64,000 bases of DNA from Euglena gracilis. Taxonomy: Eukaryota. This document shows, piece by piece, positions 12,401 to 23,639 of this stretch (position 1 is the stretch's first letter; each line of letters starts with the position of its first letter). Both the position numbers and the translations under genes were made by a program. The notes below the pieces were generated by a model. That model was not told where the DNA came from. It worked only from the letters and a program-made list of their open reading frames with translations, and searched no databases. The stretch spans positions 26,176,954 through 26,240,953 of the forward strand of contig CP154954.1 of the NCBI GenBank assembly GCA_039621445.1, in the 5' to 3' direction.

Positions 12401-15400
12401 TTGCACTGTATGCAGTACGGGCTTGGGCCTTGGAATTTGTAATTATTGTATTAAGGCCGCATTGTATTAAGGCTGTATGCAATTATTGTATTTTGGCCTG
12501 GCAGGCGCAGTGCCAGCCACTTGGTATATGCTGGCTTCAGGCGGGGTACAATGCACGTCTCGCCCTGTGATTTTCGCTTTTCCCATTTCCAAAGAAAATC
12601 AGTAACAAAAAATTCAGCTTCCCTTTGACACTTTCACTTCAGGGACAGTTGGCAGTGTTGATGCCATTCATTGAGATATTCAGTATTTCTGGCAGGTTGT
12701 GTTGCTGACACACCCTTGTGCAGAGCACAAAGGCAAGGGAAGGGTTGAGACCAAGGTCTCTTGATCAGTACTGTTTGAGGTCCGTCCCAAGCTTCTGCAA
12801 CTATTTACAAATTTACAAAAGCACCCAAAATTCTTAAAGGGAGATTTGCCCCCCCCCCCCCAAATAAGACCGGGGGTCCATTTCATGGGTCGGTTGCTGG
12901 AAAGGCCCGAGGGGGGGTCTTATTCATGGGGGGGGGGTCCATTTTATGGATTTTTGCTGGAAAAATTGCTGGAAAAAAATGAAGAAAAGACCCCCCAAAA
13001 TGTCCAAAATAGACCCCCCAAAATACCAATTTTTGAAAAATTGGGCGCTTCGCGCCAGACAAATTGGAGAAAATATGCTGAATTGTGTGAAAACTGTCCC
13101 AAAATTACAGATTTACCCCCCCAAAATGTCCCATTTTTCAAAAATCCGGCGCTTTGCGCCAGCAGGGGGGTCTTATTTATGGGGGGGGGCATTTCATATT
13201 TTTTTGCTCGGACCGGCCAGGGGGGGGGGTCTTATTTTGGGGGGTTTAGGAACCAAAAGTCTTAATTCAGATCGCTGAGAGTCACACGAGATTCTTAGCT
13301 TCGCCAGTTGACCTAAGCTTTCACATAGTGCTGTATACAGCCTGGCCGTAGCCAGATTCTAGGGCGTAGCCTTTCTCTGGTAGACAGAGCCATGGCATCA
13401 TGGCTGCCTGGTACACATCCCCCTCCCAGGGTTAAGCCTGATTTTCTTTTGGACCAGGCCAGTCGGGATGCCAGGCATAGTCCCGTGTGGGACGGGCATC
13501 ATTGAGAACCAGATCATGCCTCGAAGGTTTTGGACTGCAAACACACAAAATAATTATGACACGCATGCTGTGCTTTGTGTATATTCTTACTAACAGTGTG
13601 GTGTCTTTGCAATCTGTAATCTGCAATTTAGTTGATGGTGGCTCTCCACTGTCAACTTGTTGTCCACCGAACTTGAAAAACTTCGCGGGGGGGGGGACGT
13701 CGAACATGACGATGGACGGCACATTTGTGCTGCAGACTTCGCTCATTATGTGGGACTACACCCAAAGAGAAAGTTTAGCTGTGGCTGATGTCCAGTGTTG
13801 GAAACCCTCAGCGTCTGAGCTGAAGTGCTCACCCATATCTGGGTCTTGTACAAGGGTCATTTCCGTTGAACGCAGGTCTAGAGTACCCTTGTCAGGATTC
13901 TCCATGTCCATCCTTGGGAAAACCCAACTTCTCATTTCTTCAATCTCCTGCGATAGCCTGATGTGCGCGTGGGATGTGCAGGCACATTGGGTCACGTGTG
14001 GTTTCAGAATGGTACACACTCATTCTGAACAAGTCTCGTAACCTGCTTATCTGCCTTTCTGGCAGATGACCTTTTTCCAGTCGTTGTCATTGAAAAGTTG
14101 GGGCAACCGCCCCCCTTTTGTGCATTCCTGAAAGTCAAAGTCGATTCTGCAACAGTCAAAAGCTTCTGCTTTCTTTAAAATCTTGAATTGGTTCATTTGA
14201 CATCTCGTCTTGCAGTCTCATTTCTGGGTGCGATCTTGAGGTTTCCGCCATCTGCGGGCAACCAAATGTCTGCCTGTAGGCAGTTGGCACAGAAAACTGG
14301 GACATCACGGTCCCGTTCTTCTTCCATCCAGCGGAAGTTGTTGAGTTGCCGCCATGAAAGGATGCAGCAGTAGTTTGGATAAAAACGTTGTGGTGAAATG
14401 TTTTCCGTTTGCTGTCCGCGTAACAGACATGCAAAGCACCCATGTTGTTATGGACATTGTGGCAGGCCATGCAGAGCCACCTTATTTGGCCATTCGGCCT
14501 ATAATCAAAAAGGAATGATTCCCCAAACACCCTTGTGGAGGTTGACGAGGTTACAATGTAGAGGTTGGCTTGGCTGGTGAGGTTGTGGGCACAATTGGTG
14601 CCAGTTTTGGGTACCAGCCGGATCCAGCCTGGCAGTTGGCAGGCCCCTCCCCTGGACCCCCCACCGCCCACAGGGTCCAGCTCCCTGGCAGGTCCAGGGC
14701 TGCACAGGAATCCCTGCAAACCTATGGGTGACAAGAGAGCGGGTGTTCGGGTTTGAGTCACCCCAGGGCTGAACAAAAATCTGGGTGGATGTGGAGGTCT
14801 CCCCAGACCTTTCCGTTTTTTTTCCTGGTGTACAGATTTGAAAGCCGAATTTTTCCAGAGGGAATTGCCCCTGAATTCAGCTTGGAGGTATTTTTTTTTC
14901 TGGCACAAAGCTGTGGTGGCACCAGGGATCCCAATTATCCAACTATGGACCTTGGGGTGGGTAGGGTAGGCTGGTAGATGGGTCTGCCGGACCCCAGAGC
15001 AGAATGGGAATCGACCGAACAGCCAGGTGGTAGGGTGGTGGGTGGGGGGGGGTCGACCCTCCCCACCCCCTGCATGGTGGCTGGGGGGGGGTCGACCACC
15101 CCCCCCCCCCACCACCTCTTCCCGTATTTCCGGGAGCACCAGTTTTTGGACCTGAAAAAAATTTTCCGGCGCCTTCGGTGCCAGGTGTTTTTTTTTGACC
15201 CACTTTGGGACCCATATAGGGGGTCCCCCAAAAAAACCACCCAAAGCCCCATTTTTTTCACACCTTCCAAAAATTCAACATTTTCTCAAAATTTGGGTTT
15301 TGACAGGTTTTTGAAGCAAAAAATGCCATTGAAAGTCCAAAAAATTTCAAAGAGAAAAAATTGTCAGTAAAATTTGACTGTGCCAGAATTGGGTCCACTT

Positions 15401-18400
15401 TTTTTGACCTTCGTTTTTTTCACCCCCGTCATAAAAACTACCAATTTTAACCCTGAATTTTTTGAGATTTTTTTGTGAAAAATGTGGGTTTTCATCAAAA
15501 AATCATATGTTTTGGGTTCATTTTTCAAAAAAATTCTCCAAAAATTTCCTGGCCAAAATCTTCGTTTTCCCGAAATCGGTGAAAATGCTGTGGTGGGTGG
15601 GGGGGGTCGACCCCCCCCCCCACCAGGCCTTCCCGTTTTGCCCTGCCGGACCCCCTCCCCTGAGGGGTCCCCCAAGGGCTTTGTGCGTCCCGTCGGAGGC
15701 GGGGGTTCGGTATCTTTCGTTTCTTTGTGCCGAAAATTTTCTTTACCCCCAAATTGACCCCCGGACTCCCTCCCCCTGCGGTGGGGGCACCCAGGGTAGG
15801 TGGGGGGACCCTACCCTCCGGTCTTAAAAAGTCCTTGTGGAGGGGTCGACCCCTCCCTGGGTGTGGGGGTCACCTCTCCACCAGGTTATCCTACCCCCCC
15901 CCCCCCGGGAAACTGTCATGCCCGAGAACCTGTTAGGGTCCCGCCCGGGAAACTGTCAGGGTCCCCGGTACTGGCCAACCTGTCAGTATAGGAAGTTGTC
16001 AGGGTCCCCGGTACCGGCCAACCTGTCAGGGTCATTTTTCATTGACTTTCCCTTAAAATGCCCTACCGGGAAACTGTCAGGGTCCCGCCCGGGAAACTGT
16101 CAGGGTCCCTGGTACCGGCCAACCTGTCATGATAGGAAGTTGCCAGGGTCCCCGGTACTGGCCAACCTGTCAGGTGACAGTTTCCCGGGGGGGGGGGTAG
16201 GTACACATCACTGGTCGCCCCCAAATTTCCTTGAAAGAAAATAAATACAAAGACTAAAATTAAGGATGAAATAATGGCCAAATGTTAGCGGCGAATTAGA
16301 TAGATTGTCGCAGAGAAACCCAAAATCCTTGGGTTTGACACCACAACATCCTGTTGACGGAATCAGGGGGGCTCGAGCTTGAGCGTTCGAACTTGAGCCT
16401 CCTCCAACGTCCTTAAGCCTCCCTCAGGAGGGTTTATCTTAAACTCCTCCTCGAACGACCTTGAGCGACCTTGAGCGACGTTTGAGAAAGCTTTAGAGGT
16501 TTCCCATACGTACTTGCATACAGGTATTTTCTGCGAAACGTTACCCTCAAAAAAGGGCATGGGCAACATAAAGGAGTTCGCACACACAGGGCACACATTA
16601 CACAAGGGATTTTGTTATTTTGTGGCCCCTCAGAACAGTTGACTACAAAAGGACTTGCACAATAAAATGGAGTTACGCACACAGGGCTCATGCAAAACAA
16701 GGGACTCTGGCCCCCCCCCCGAACAGTTACATAAAAGAAAAGGACTTCGACTCCTCGTACCGTAACCCTGCCCTCGAATCAGGGGCTTCAACCCCCAGGG
16801 GAAGGGGGAGTGTGATACAGCACGTCCCACTCCAAAACCAAATGCCACCCGGGACCCAACATGGACGATTCCAAGGAATTAGGATGGGTACAGCCCAGCC
16901 AAGACCAGGGCATCGCTTAAGCCTCTGGGGGAGAGGGCAGCCAGCCAACAGCCCTTTTCCAGCCTTGGACCTCCTGTCCACCATCAACGATTTTTCTCAT
17001 TGTCCAGCCGCTCTTTGGGCGGCTGGACAGCAACATATTTTGTGCGGGGGGGGGGGGTGCAAAAAGTGGCCGAATATGGGGAAAAATGGGTTGGAAATGG
17101 CTGCCCAAATCATCATCAAATTATGGGTCAGAACTGGATTTTGTTTTTTGCACAGTTGGCAGTTTTTTTTAGATTTTTTTTCCAGTTTCGATTTTTTTTT
17201 GGCACCTGGTTTGACCTTGGTTGGTCCTAGTTCCAGCCGGGGGACCCCCATGGGGGAGGTCGCCTTTTTCCAGACAGTTCAATTTTCCAGTCTCTGCACT
17301 GGACCCCCGGGGGGTTCCAAAACAACGCCCTGACCAAGGCCCAAACAAAACCCAGGGGTGGGGCTGAGCAGGACCCCCCCCCCCCCACCCCACCGGGGTG
17401 TTGACAAGAGGCCTGGTCGGCAGGAGTGCCAGCCCGGCACTGGCGGCAACCTGTGGGGCAATGACGTCGGGGAGGCGGGGGCAGCGGCGCTGGCAGCAAA
17501 GGCCGCCCAGTTGCCCTCCCTGACCGTGCTGGACCTGGACTTGGGCCACGGGCCACGCTGCATCTATCCCCCCCCCCCCCCGTGCAGTTTGGAGGTGACC
17601 CCAGTTAGAACGACCCTCGGCCTCGGGTAATGTCCCCCCTCCCCTTGCAAGACAATTGGAATCTCGACCTAAACCAGACAAACACTGTGTGGTGACGCTG
17701 CCATTCATGCAATCGGGGGCGGGCAGGTAAACACAAATCACGATCTGATGATGGGTTTCTGAATCAGCAATACTGACTCACAAGAACATGCCCTTAACAG
17801 ATTGATTTTTTCTTCAACTTTAAGTTTTTGGAATTTCACTGCGGAAAACGGGAAAGGAATTTGCGACAGCATCTCACTACTGTCTGATTAATGTCTCTCC
17901 ACTTTTCTTTGATATTGCTTGATCCCCCGCCCCTCGGAGGGTTCCCAGCAGCAACCCTGAATGACAGCCTAGGCTTTGACAGTGAGGCGACCCCAACAAA
18001 TCATGCACATTGTACGCACACAACAACACTGACCCACCAGTGCAAACATACGTGGATGCAAGCGTGGGCAGAACCGGATGGAAGGAGCAGCGACTTTGGG
18101 TCCAGGCTGTTGCCCCCTCGCCCCTGCGTGCTGCTGAGGGCGTTGATCGGACCAGTGGCTCAACCCAGTTGGTGCCGCCTGGAATTCCAGGCGTAGCCGA
18201 CCCTCCTCCCCTCAACCACATCCGACTCCCCCTACGGGGTTTGGGCTTGTGACTGGGAGTGCGCGGGCACTCGGTCAAAGATAAAAGCCTTTTTTTTGAC
18301 AAATTTCTCCCACGACCAGGCAGGCATGACCCCCCCCCCCCCAGGAGTGTGGCCAGGCACCCCATGGCACTCCGGGTTGGGCAGATAACGCGGTCGGCGG

Positions 18401-21224
18401 GGGGGGGGGGGTAACACAACGGGAGTACTGCCGAGCGCCGACCATCTGCGGTCGTGAGACTTTTCGGCCTTCCGAGATGTGGGGCTGGCCACAGCCTGGC
18501 CAGGCCTCCTGCCGCTGTTTGGAAACCCGTCCACGTCTCTGCTGTGCGCGGTGGCTTGCCCCCTCCCCCCTGTGCAGGCCCTTCCGTTACGCCATATTGC
18601 CGAGGCATGTGCCTGCCTCACATGATGTAAGCACTTCCCAAGCCTTCTGTCGTGCCAATTTTGCTCAGTGGTGCATGGGTGCAGCTTGCACCTCAGCACC
18701 GTGTGGCAATTGAGTCCAACCCGACACACAGTCCTCCTGTTCGAGGTGCGGCGCAGCCTCAGGGTTGTCTCGCCATCTCCCCCTCTGCCCAAATGCCCCC
18801 CCCCCCCGTCCATCGCTCCCCTCCGGGGGGGGGGGTAACGTATCTGCTGCCCTCAGAAGTGGGCAGCAGGGGGGGATTATGCAAGTTGCATAGTTTGCAT
18901 TTTGTTTGCATAATCAATAATCTTGAAAATTTGCGCTTTTTTGCATAATTTGCATTATGATTTTTTTTGCACAATGAGTAGTTTGTGAAAAGTCTCATTT
19001 TTTTTTGGCATAGTTTGCCTGTTTTATTTTGTTCAGGCATTTGCACAGGCGTATCGCTCCAATTTCAAACAACTGGACGTTGCATATTTCACATTTTTGG
19101 ACCAATTTCACATAATCAGTAGTTGCATGATGATATACGAGTGGGCTCGGAGAACCAACCCCATCACTTAACAAGTTTGTGTCACATTTTCCTTTAATGT
19201 TGCCAGTTTTTGAGCAATTTTTTCCAAGTCCTCCGCAGTGGAAAAGTGTGCTCCTGAAGGAATTGATACACGACTTGCACTTTTTTGCGTTTTTTTGCAT
19301 TGCATATTCCGAGGAGCCTTGTTGCATCCCCCCCCCCCTGTGTGGGTGGAAGCCCTGCCCCCCCCCCCCTCCATACAGCCACCGGGGCCGGGCCGTGCGA
19401 GGGGCTCTCGCCCGCCTTGCCCTGCGGCTGGAGGACAACGGCGTGGACGCCTCGGGGCTGGCCCTGGGCCCGGCCCTCGCCGCCGGGTCCGTCACACACC
19501 TGGCGCTGTACCTGGCCAGGCGTGGCTGCCCTCCCCCATTTGCTGTCCTCCCCCGACCCTTTTTTTTGTTGTCAACCCCTGGCCCCAGGACACCCGCAAA
19601 GTGGTTAACAACAGCCCCTTTTGCACACTTTTTTTTGTCATTTTGGAGCTCTTTCTGGACGCTCGCAACGTTCCAAACCTCCACCTCACTCCAGGGGACC
19701 TTCCAGAACACACAGCCTGGCTCAAGGGTTCGCAGCACCCCTGGCTGGACTGCAGCAAGTCCAAATTAATTTGGCTACTGGAAATCCTAGTGGACCCCCC
19801 CCCTGGGTGGTCTGCCAGCAGGGCCAGCCAGTGGAATTTTTTTCCCAGTGGTTTGCGTGAAGCGCCGAAGTTTTTTCTGGAACCCCAAAACTCAAAAAGA
19901 CGTCATTTCCACCTCGGCGTGCAGCGTGGTGGAATTTATTTCCCGGTGCTGGCAAAATGGCAAGCCGGTGGGCCCACCCCCGGGGTCCTTAGGTAATGGC
20001 CTACACACAACACACCCCTTTTCTCATCAAAAGGAATGCTGACCCCCCCCTCGCCCACGACGGGAGAATAGCTTGGGAGGCAAACGTCCTGCGGCCTCAG
20101 GGAACGAACACTTTTTGGGTGGGAGTTCCAGCAAGGCCTGTGTTTGGGGTACAACTTTGTGATGGACAACGGGGCGGAGGCGCTGGCGGCGCTGCGGACC
20201 GCCGGCCTGCAGTCCCTTGTGCTGAGCCTGCCGGGCAACTTCATCACCGACCGGGGGGCTGCGCGCGGCGACCCCCCTGCCGCTCTGCCTCGGGAGAAAC
20301 CATCTCTCAATGGGCCTTATTTTCTGGGCAAAGGTTTGATGGTGCTGGATTCCTGGACGTTGGGAATCATGCTGCCCACTGCTCGCTGAACACCAGAAGT
20401 CAGAACGGAAATTTGATTTGTGGTGATTTCCTTTCTTTGCAGTAAGCAGGTGTGATTGTCGATTTTTTTTAAAGTTTCGTGACCCGGGGGAGGGGGTCCA
20501 GGCCGAGCCTCCCCCCTGCCAGGGTGGGGGTCGGGCTGAGCGGGGTTTTCCTCTGTTCTCGTTGGGAAACGTCAAATTTTTTTGACCCCAAGGTTCACTC
20601 CCTAAAGTGGTCCCCCAAGCCCCCCCAAGGGGCGGGTAGGTTGGCCCGGACCCCCCCCCTCCACAAAATTGTCTGGCCAGATGTTCATTCCAAGTTCTGG
20701 TGCACCAAATTTGGACACCCGAGGATGCGCAGGATTGTGAGAGCAATCTCTCTGGAGGATCTGTAATGGGAAAAGAGTTGACCAGGCTGCAGTTTGAGGT
20801 GTGGCCGACTCCATCCGACTGGTCTCGGAGTGACATATGAGGGGACTGCTTGAACGTGGGCATATGGCTCTCGGAGACCTCCCTCCACCGAAGTCAGTTA
20901 AATTTAACCTCAATTTCAGCCTGGGTTGGACGAAAGGGTAATTTTTTGATGGGACATCTCCCACACGTTTCCAACTGTTTTAAAACGGCACCGCGACCCC
21001 AAAATCCCCGCCCCCCCACCCAGTTTTGGGTGGTTGATGTTGTTGTTTCGTTGAACAGCGTTGCAAAAGTCACGGCACAGGGACTGATCGGGGGCGGGCC
21101 AGCAGGGCGGATGCCGAGGTCGGCACTAAACACCTTCTGCGAGGTGGCGGTGCGGATGCAGGTGCGGCTGGATGTGGCGGACAACCGGTTAAGCGCCAAC
21201 GTGCAGCACCAGCTGCCTCGGGTG
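6507..21224 (+). CDS. F-box-like/leucine-rich-repeat (RNI-like) protein, at least 11 exons, 3' end unresolved
   Basis: Manually assembled exons 6507-6679, 7345-7513, 8302-8376, 9041-9142, 10053-10232, 10824-10892, 17448-17549, 18072-18119, 19410-19513, 20146-20262, 21122-21224 total 1242 nt and stay in frame. The N-terminus [26 protein letters not shown] is F-box-like. LxxLxLxLxxNxL repeats are completed across junctions (LRLDLAS|NGIG, LQSLTL|NLWGND, LELDV|HDNQLG). Codons are GC3-rich. Junctions 1, 7 and 8 are ambiguous. Confidence 0.85.
7345..7513 (+). CDS. F-box/LRR gene exon 2
   Basis: [56 protein letters not shown]; 5' boundary could be as early as ~7311. Confidence 0.8.
8302..8376 (+). 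CDS. F-box/LRR gene exon 3
   Basis: [25 protein letters not shown]; both flanking introns have end-pairing stems in the +4/-6 register. Confidence 0.8.
9041..9142 (+). CDS. F-box/LRR gene exon 4
   Basis: [34 protein letters not shown]. Confidence 0.85.
9219..9372. mobile_element. Palindromic TA-flanked MITE (in intron 4)
   Basis: TA|CCATGCCCC..ATATAAGACCCC ... GGGTCTTATATGGGG..GCATGG|TA; related ataagacc motifs at ~12850-13240. Confidence 0.8.
9400..9740 (+). repeat. (TGTC)/(TGCC)/(TGGG)/(TGGA)n compound microsatellite in intron 4
   Basis: Read directly. Confidence 0.95.
10053..10232 (+). CDS. F-box/LRR gene exon 5
   Basis: [60 protein letters not shown], about two LRR units. Confidence 0.9.
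10824..10892 (+). CDS. F-box/LRR gene exon 6
   Basis: [23 protein letters not shown]. Confidence 0.85.
11800..12470 (-). pseudogene. Tyrosine-recombinase (DIRS-like retroelement) relic inside intron 6
   Basis: Minus-strand fragments [40 protein letters not shown] and WGHSTRGA (HxxR motif), frameshifted. Confidence 0.7.
14995..15645. mobile_element. hAT-type MITE, 651 bp, 8-bp TSD (inside intron 6)
   Basis: TIR CAGAGCAGAATGGGAA...TTCCCGTTTTGCCCTG; perfect TSD ccggaccc at 14987-94 and 15646-53. Confidence 0.9.
15891..16200. mobile_element. MITE with poly-C/G TIRs and internal aactgtcagggtccc repeats
   Basis: CTACCCC..GGGAAACTGTCA ... TGACAGTTTCCCGGG..GTAG; degenerate relative at ~21250-21385. 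Confidence 0.7.
17448..17549 (+). CDS. F-box/LRR gene exon 7
   Basis: [34 protein letters not shown]. Confidence 0.85.
18072..18119 (+). CDS. F-box/LRR gene exon 8 (short, boundaries ambiguous)
   Basis: [16 protein letters not shown] supplies the LRR Asn. Upstream gatgcaagcgtgg pairs with ccacgctgcatc after exon 7. An alternative in-frame end is 18110. Confidence 0.6.
18867..19340. mobile_element. Dispersed non-autonomous element with CAG(G)n...(C)nTG ends (in intron 8)
   Basis: Similar copies at ~5060-5550, ~54286-55130 and partially ~59835-59965; ttgca-rich interior; ends resemble those of the 35084-39355 hAT element. Confidence 0.65.
19410..19513 (+). CDS. F-box/LRR gene exon 9
   Basis: [34 protein letters not shown](L). 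Confidence 0.85.
20146..20262 (+). CDS. F-box/LRR gene exon 10
   Basis: [38 protein letters not shown](A). Confidence 0.9.
21122..21224 (+). CDS. F-box/LRR gene exon 11
   Basis: [34 protein letters not shown], followed by gcaCAG, a probable next intron start. Confidence 0.75.
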
Positions 21225-23307
21225 GCACAGACTGGAGAGACCTCGCCCCCTCCCCCCCAGGAGACTCTCAACCCTGGGAGCTTGCCAGAGTCCCTGGTAC
21301 TGGCCAAGCTGTCCGTAATTTGTTAGGATCCCTGATACTGGCCAACCTGTCGGCAGTGTGATAGTTTCCTGGCCAGGGGGGGGGACGGGACAAGAAGCCT
21401 TAGTGCAACCACGGGGGGTGGTGACCCCCCCATTTTTTTTGGGTCCATTGCTGGAAACCTCTGGTGAGGTGCCATTGTTGGATTTTTTCCTCTTGACCGT
21501 CCTGTGGACCAAAAAAGTTTACCTCCCCCCACCTTGTCCAAGACACATTCCCCCCGTGGGTCAACGGCACTTCCTGGAACGTGATTTTTTCTCTCATGTC
21601 CGCCAACATTTCTAAGGAAATTTAGCCAAGGCACTTGAAATGCCCATCTTCTTCCTTGCCATGTATTCTTATGAATTTGGTGATTTGGTGCAATATGAGA
21701 GGTCAAATGGTGCAATTGTGGAGGCGATGGTTATTGGGCCATCAAACACATTGTTTTGGTATCGTGCCGTTGACACAGTGTGCTGTTGACCCCCTTGTGC
21801 CCGTGCATTGGCATGTCCTGGACAGGGGGGGGTCCAAACAAAATTTTTTGGCACTTCATTCAATTCTGCAATTTGGTTCATATTGAGAGATTTCAAATGT
21901 TTGTTGGGTCTCGAAAACCCAGAAAGCAGGAAATTCACAATTTCACCCCCCCCCCCCCAACTGGGCCCTCAGTGACGATAATCACTAACTTTGTCAAAGA
22001 TTGCCCAGGTTATCAGGCTATGGAGCAGGGGCAAAGATTGTGCTAGGGGACCTCACAAGTAAAGTAAACTACCCTATGCCTTCTGTATTGCTTGACCTGT
22101 CCTCTTGCAATATTCCCAATGTCTGCCCTGAGACATCCCCCCTGTAAAAGCACCCACGAGGAAAACATTCAGGGCAATGCCTGCATGAGTTTCAGTTCAC
22201 TTTTTTTTTGCTCACTGCTTCGTGCAAGCCCTGCCCACAGTGAGAGAAGAAATGGACGAGAAATTCCTCAAAGAAAGGTTAAATAGTTATGCAGCATTCT
22301 TATACCAGGTTGCTTGTTTGTGGAAACGTGCATATTAAGCGTCCAGCATGCAGCCCCCCCCCCCCCCCCAGCAGATTTCAATGACCTTCCGTTTGTGTTC
22401 TCCCGAGAAAAAGCAGCCTCCTTCCCCTCGAACCCCCTCTATTTGCACCTTTCTGACCTCATGCATCCCATCTCTCAGCAGCATCACCCATTCATGTTTA
22501 CACATTCACACCGGCAACAGCACCGCCATCCCCCCTTTCTGCCGTGACACGTTCTTCTTTCGTTGCCAGGATGACCACCTTCATCCACCATCATCCGCAG
22601 ATGAGGCTCCACCAGGCTTAACAAAATTTGACCCCACCCCTGGGGGGCTCCAGCCAGCCAGCAGTCTTTTTCCAGCAAGCAGCCTTTTTCCAGCCCCGGA
22701 CCCCCCATCAACGAGATTTATTTATTTCCAGTCGCCCTTCGGGGGACTGGACTGTAACGGATTTTTCTCGCTTTCGGGGTGCAGAAATGGGTCAAAATGG
22801 GTGAGAATGGGCCGGAAAAGGGCTGCCCAGGACATTTTTGGGTCAAATTTTTTTTTGCAAGCATTGACTTGGCAGGGAAATTTGAACCAAAACTCTGCAT
22901 ATTTCCTAATAACCCTGCAAAATAGTACAAAACCACAAAATAAAAAAAATAATGCGAATTGATGCCTTGGGCAGATACACATTAATGCACATTATACACA
23001 TGCATATTTGGTCACCGTAAGGGGAGGAGATGCAAAACAACGAAAGTCCACTGCCTCATCTCCGCCACATGATAATCCCTGGATCAAGTTTTCTTGGTTC
23101 TTTAGACGCCCATACGAGATCAAGGATGGGATGTTTTTCTGTGAAGCTGGCAATGACGGTTTCTTTGGCACATGCAACGTAGGGTCATATGATTTATGCA
23201 GTGAACATTTGGCAATTGGTCACTTTTGTTTGCCCAAATTTTGGCAGCTCATTAAAAACAAGGTCAAAAAAACTTTTTTTTAAAAAAACTTTCACCTCTC
23301 CCATGAG

Positions 23308-23639
23308 CAGACCATTGCTTAACACCTGTCCCACCCCACCCCCCGGGGGGGGATGACTGACTGGTTTTTTCAGAGTGAGTGACTGGTTTTTTGGCCGTGA
23401 CCCCCCCCCCCCCGGGGGGGAGTGGGGTAGGCCAGAAATCACCCAAAAGTGGCTGAGTGGCCAACTGCCGCCGAAGGCGCCGGAGAAAATTTTGGCCAAA
23501 AGTGACTGGTTTTCCTGAGTGGCCGACCTCCCCCCCCGGGGGGGCAAAGTGACTGACTGGCTTGGCCGAAAAAAACGACTGACTAGTTTTTTCAGAGTGG
23601 AAAGTGACCCCCCCGGGGGGGTCGCTAAGCAATGGTGTG
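23308..23639. mobile_element. hAT-type MITE, 332 bp, 8-bp TSD
   Basis: TIR CAGACCATTGCTTA...TAAGCAATGGTGTG (1 mismatch); perfect TSD cccatgag at 23300-07 and 23640-47; internal gtgactgactgg repeats. Confidence 0.9.

Noticed and set aside
13300-14570. Possible LTR-retrotransposon pol relic on the minus strand
   Set aside because: Composition suggests decayed coding DNA, but I could not recognise a diagnostic motif; needs a translated search.
7514-21121. Intact 8-bp TSD relics at LRR gene intron junctions
   Set aside because: Checked by eye: matches are mostly limited to the junction-adjacent base, which the Y|R preference already explains.
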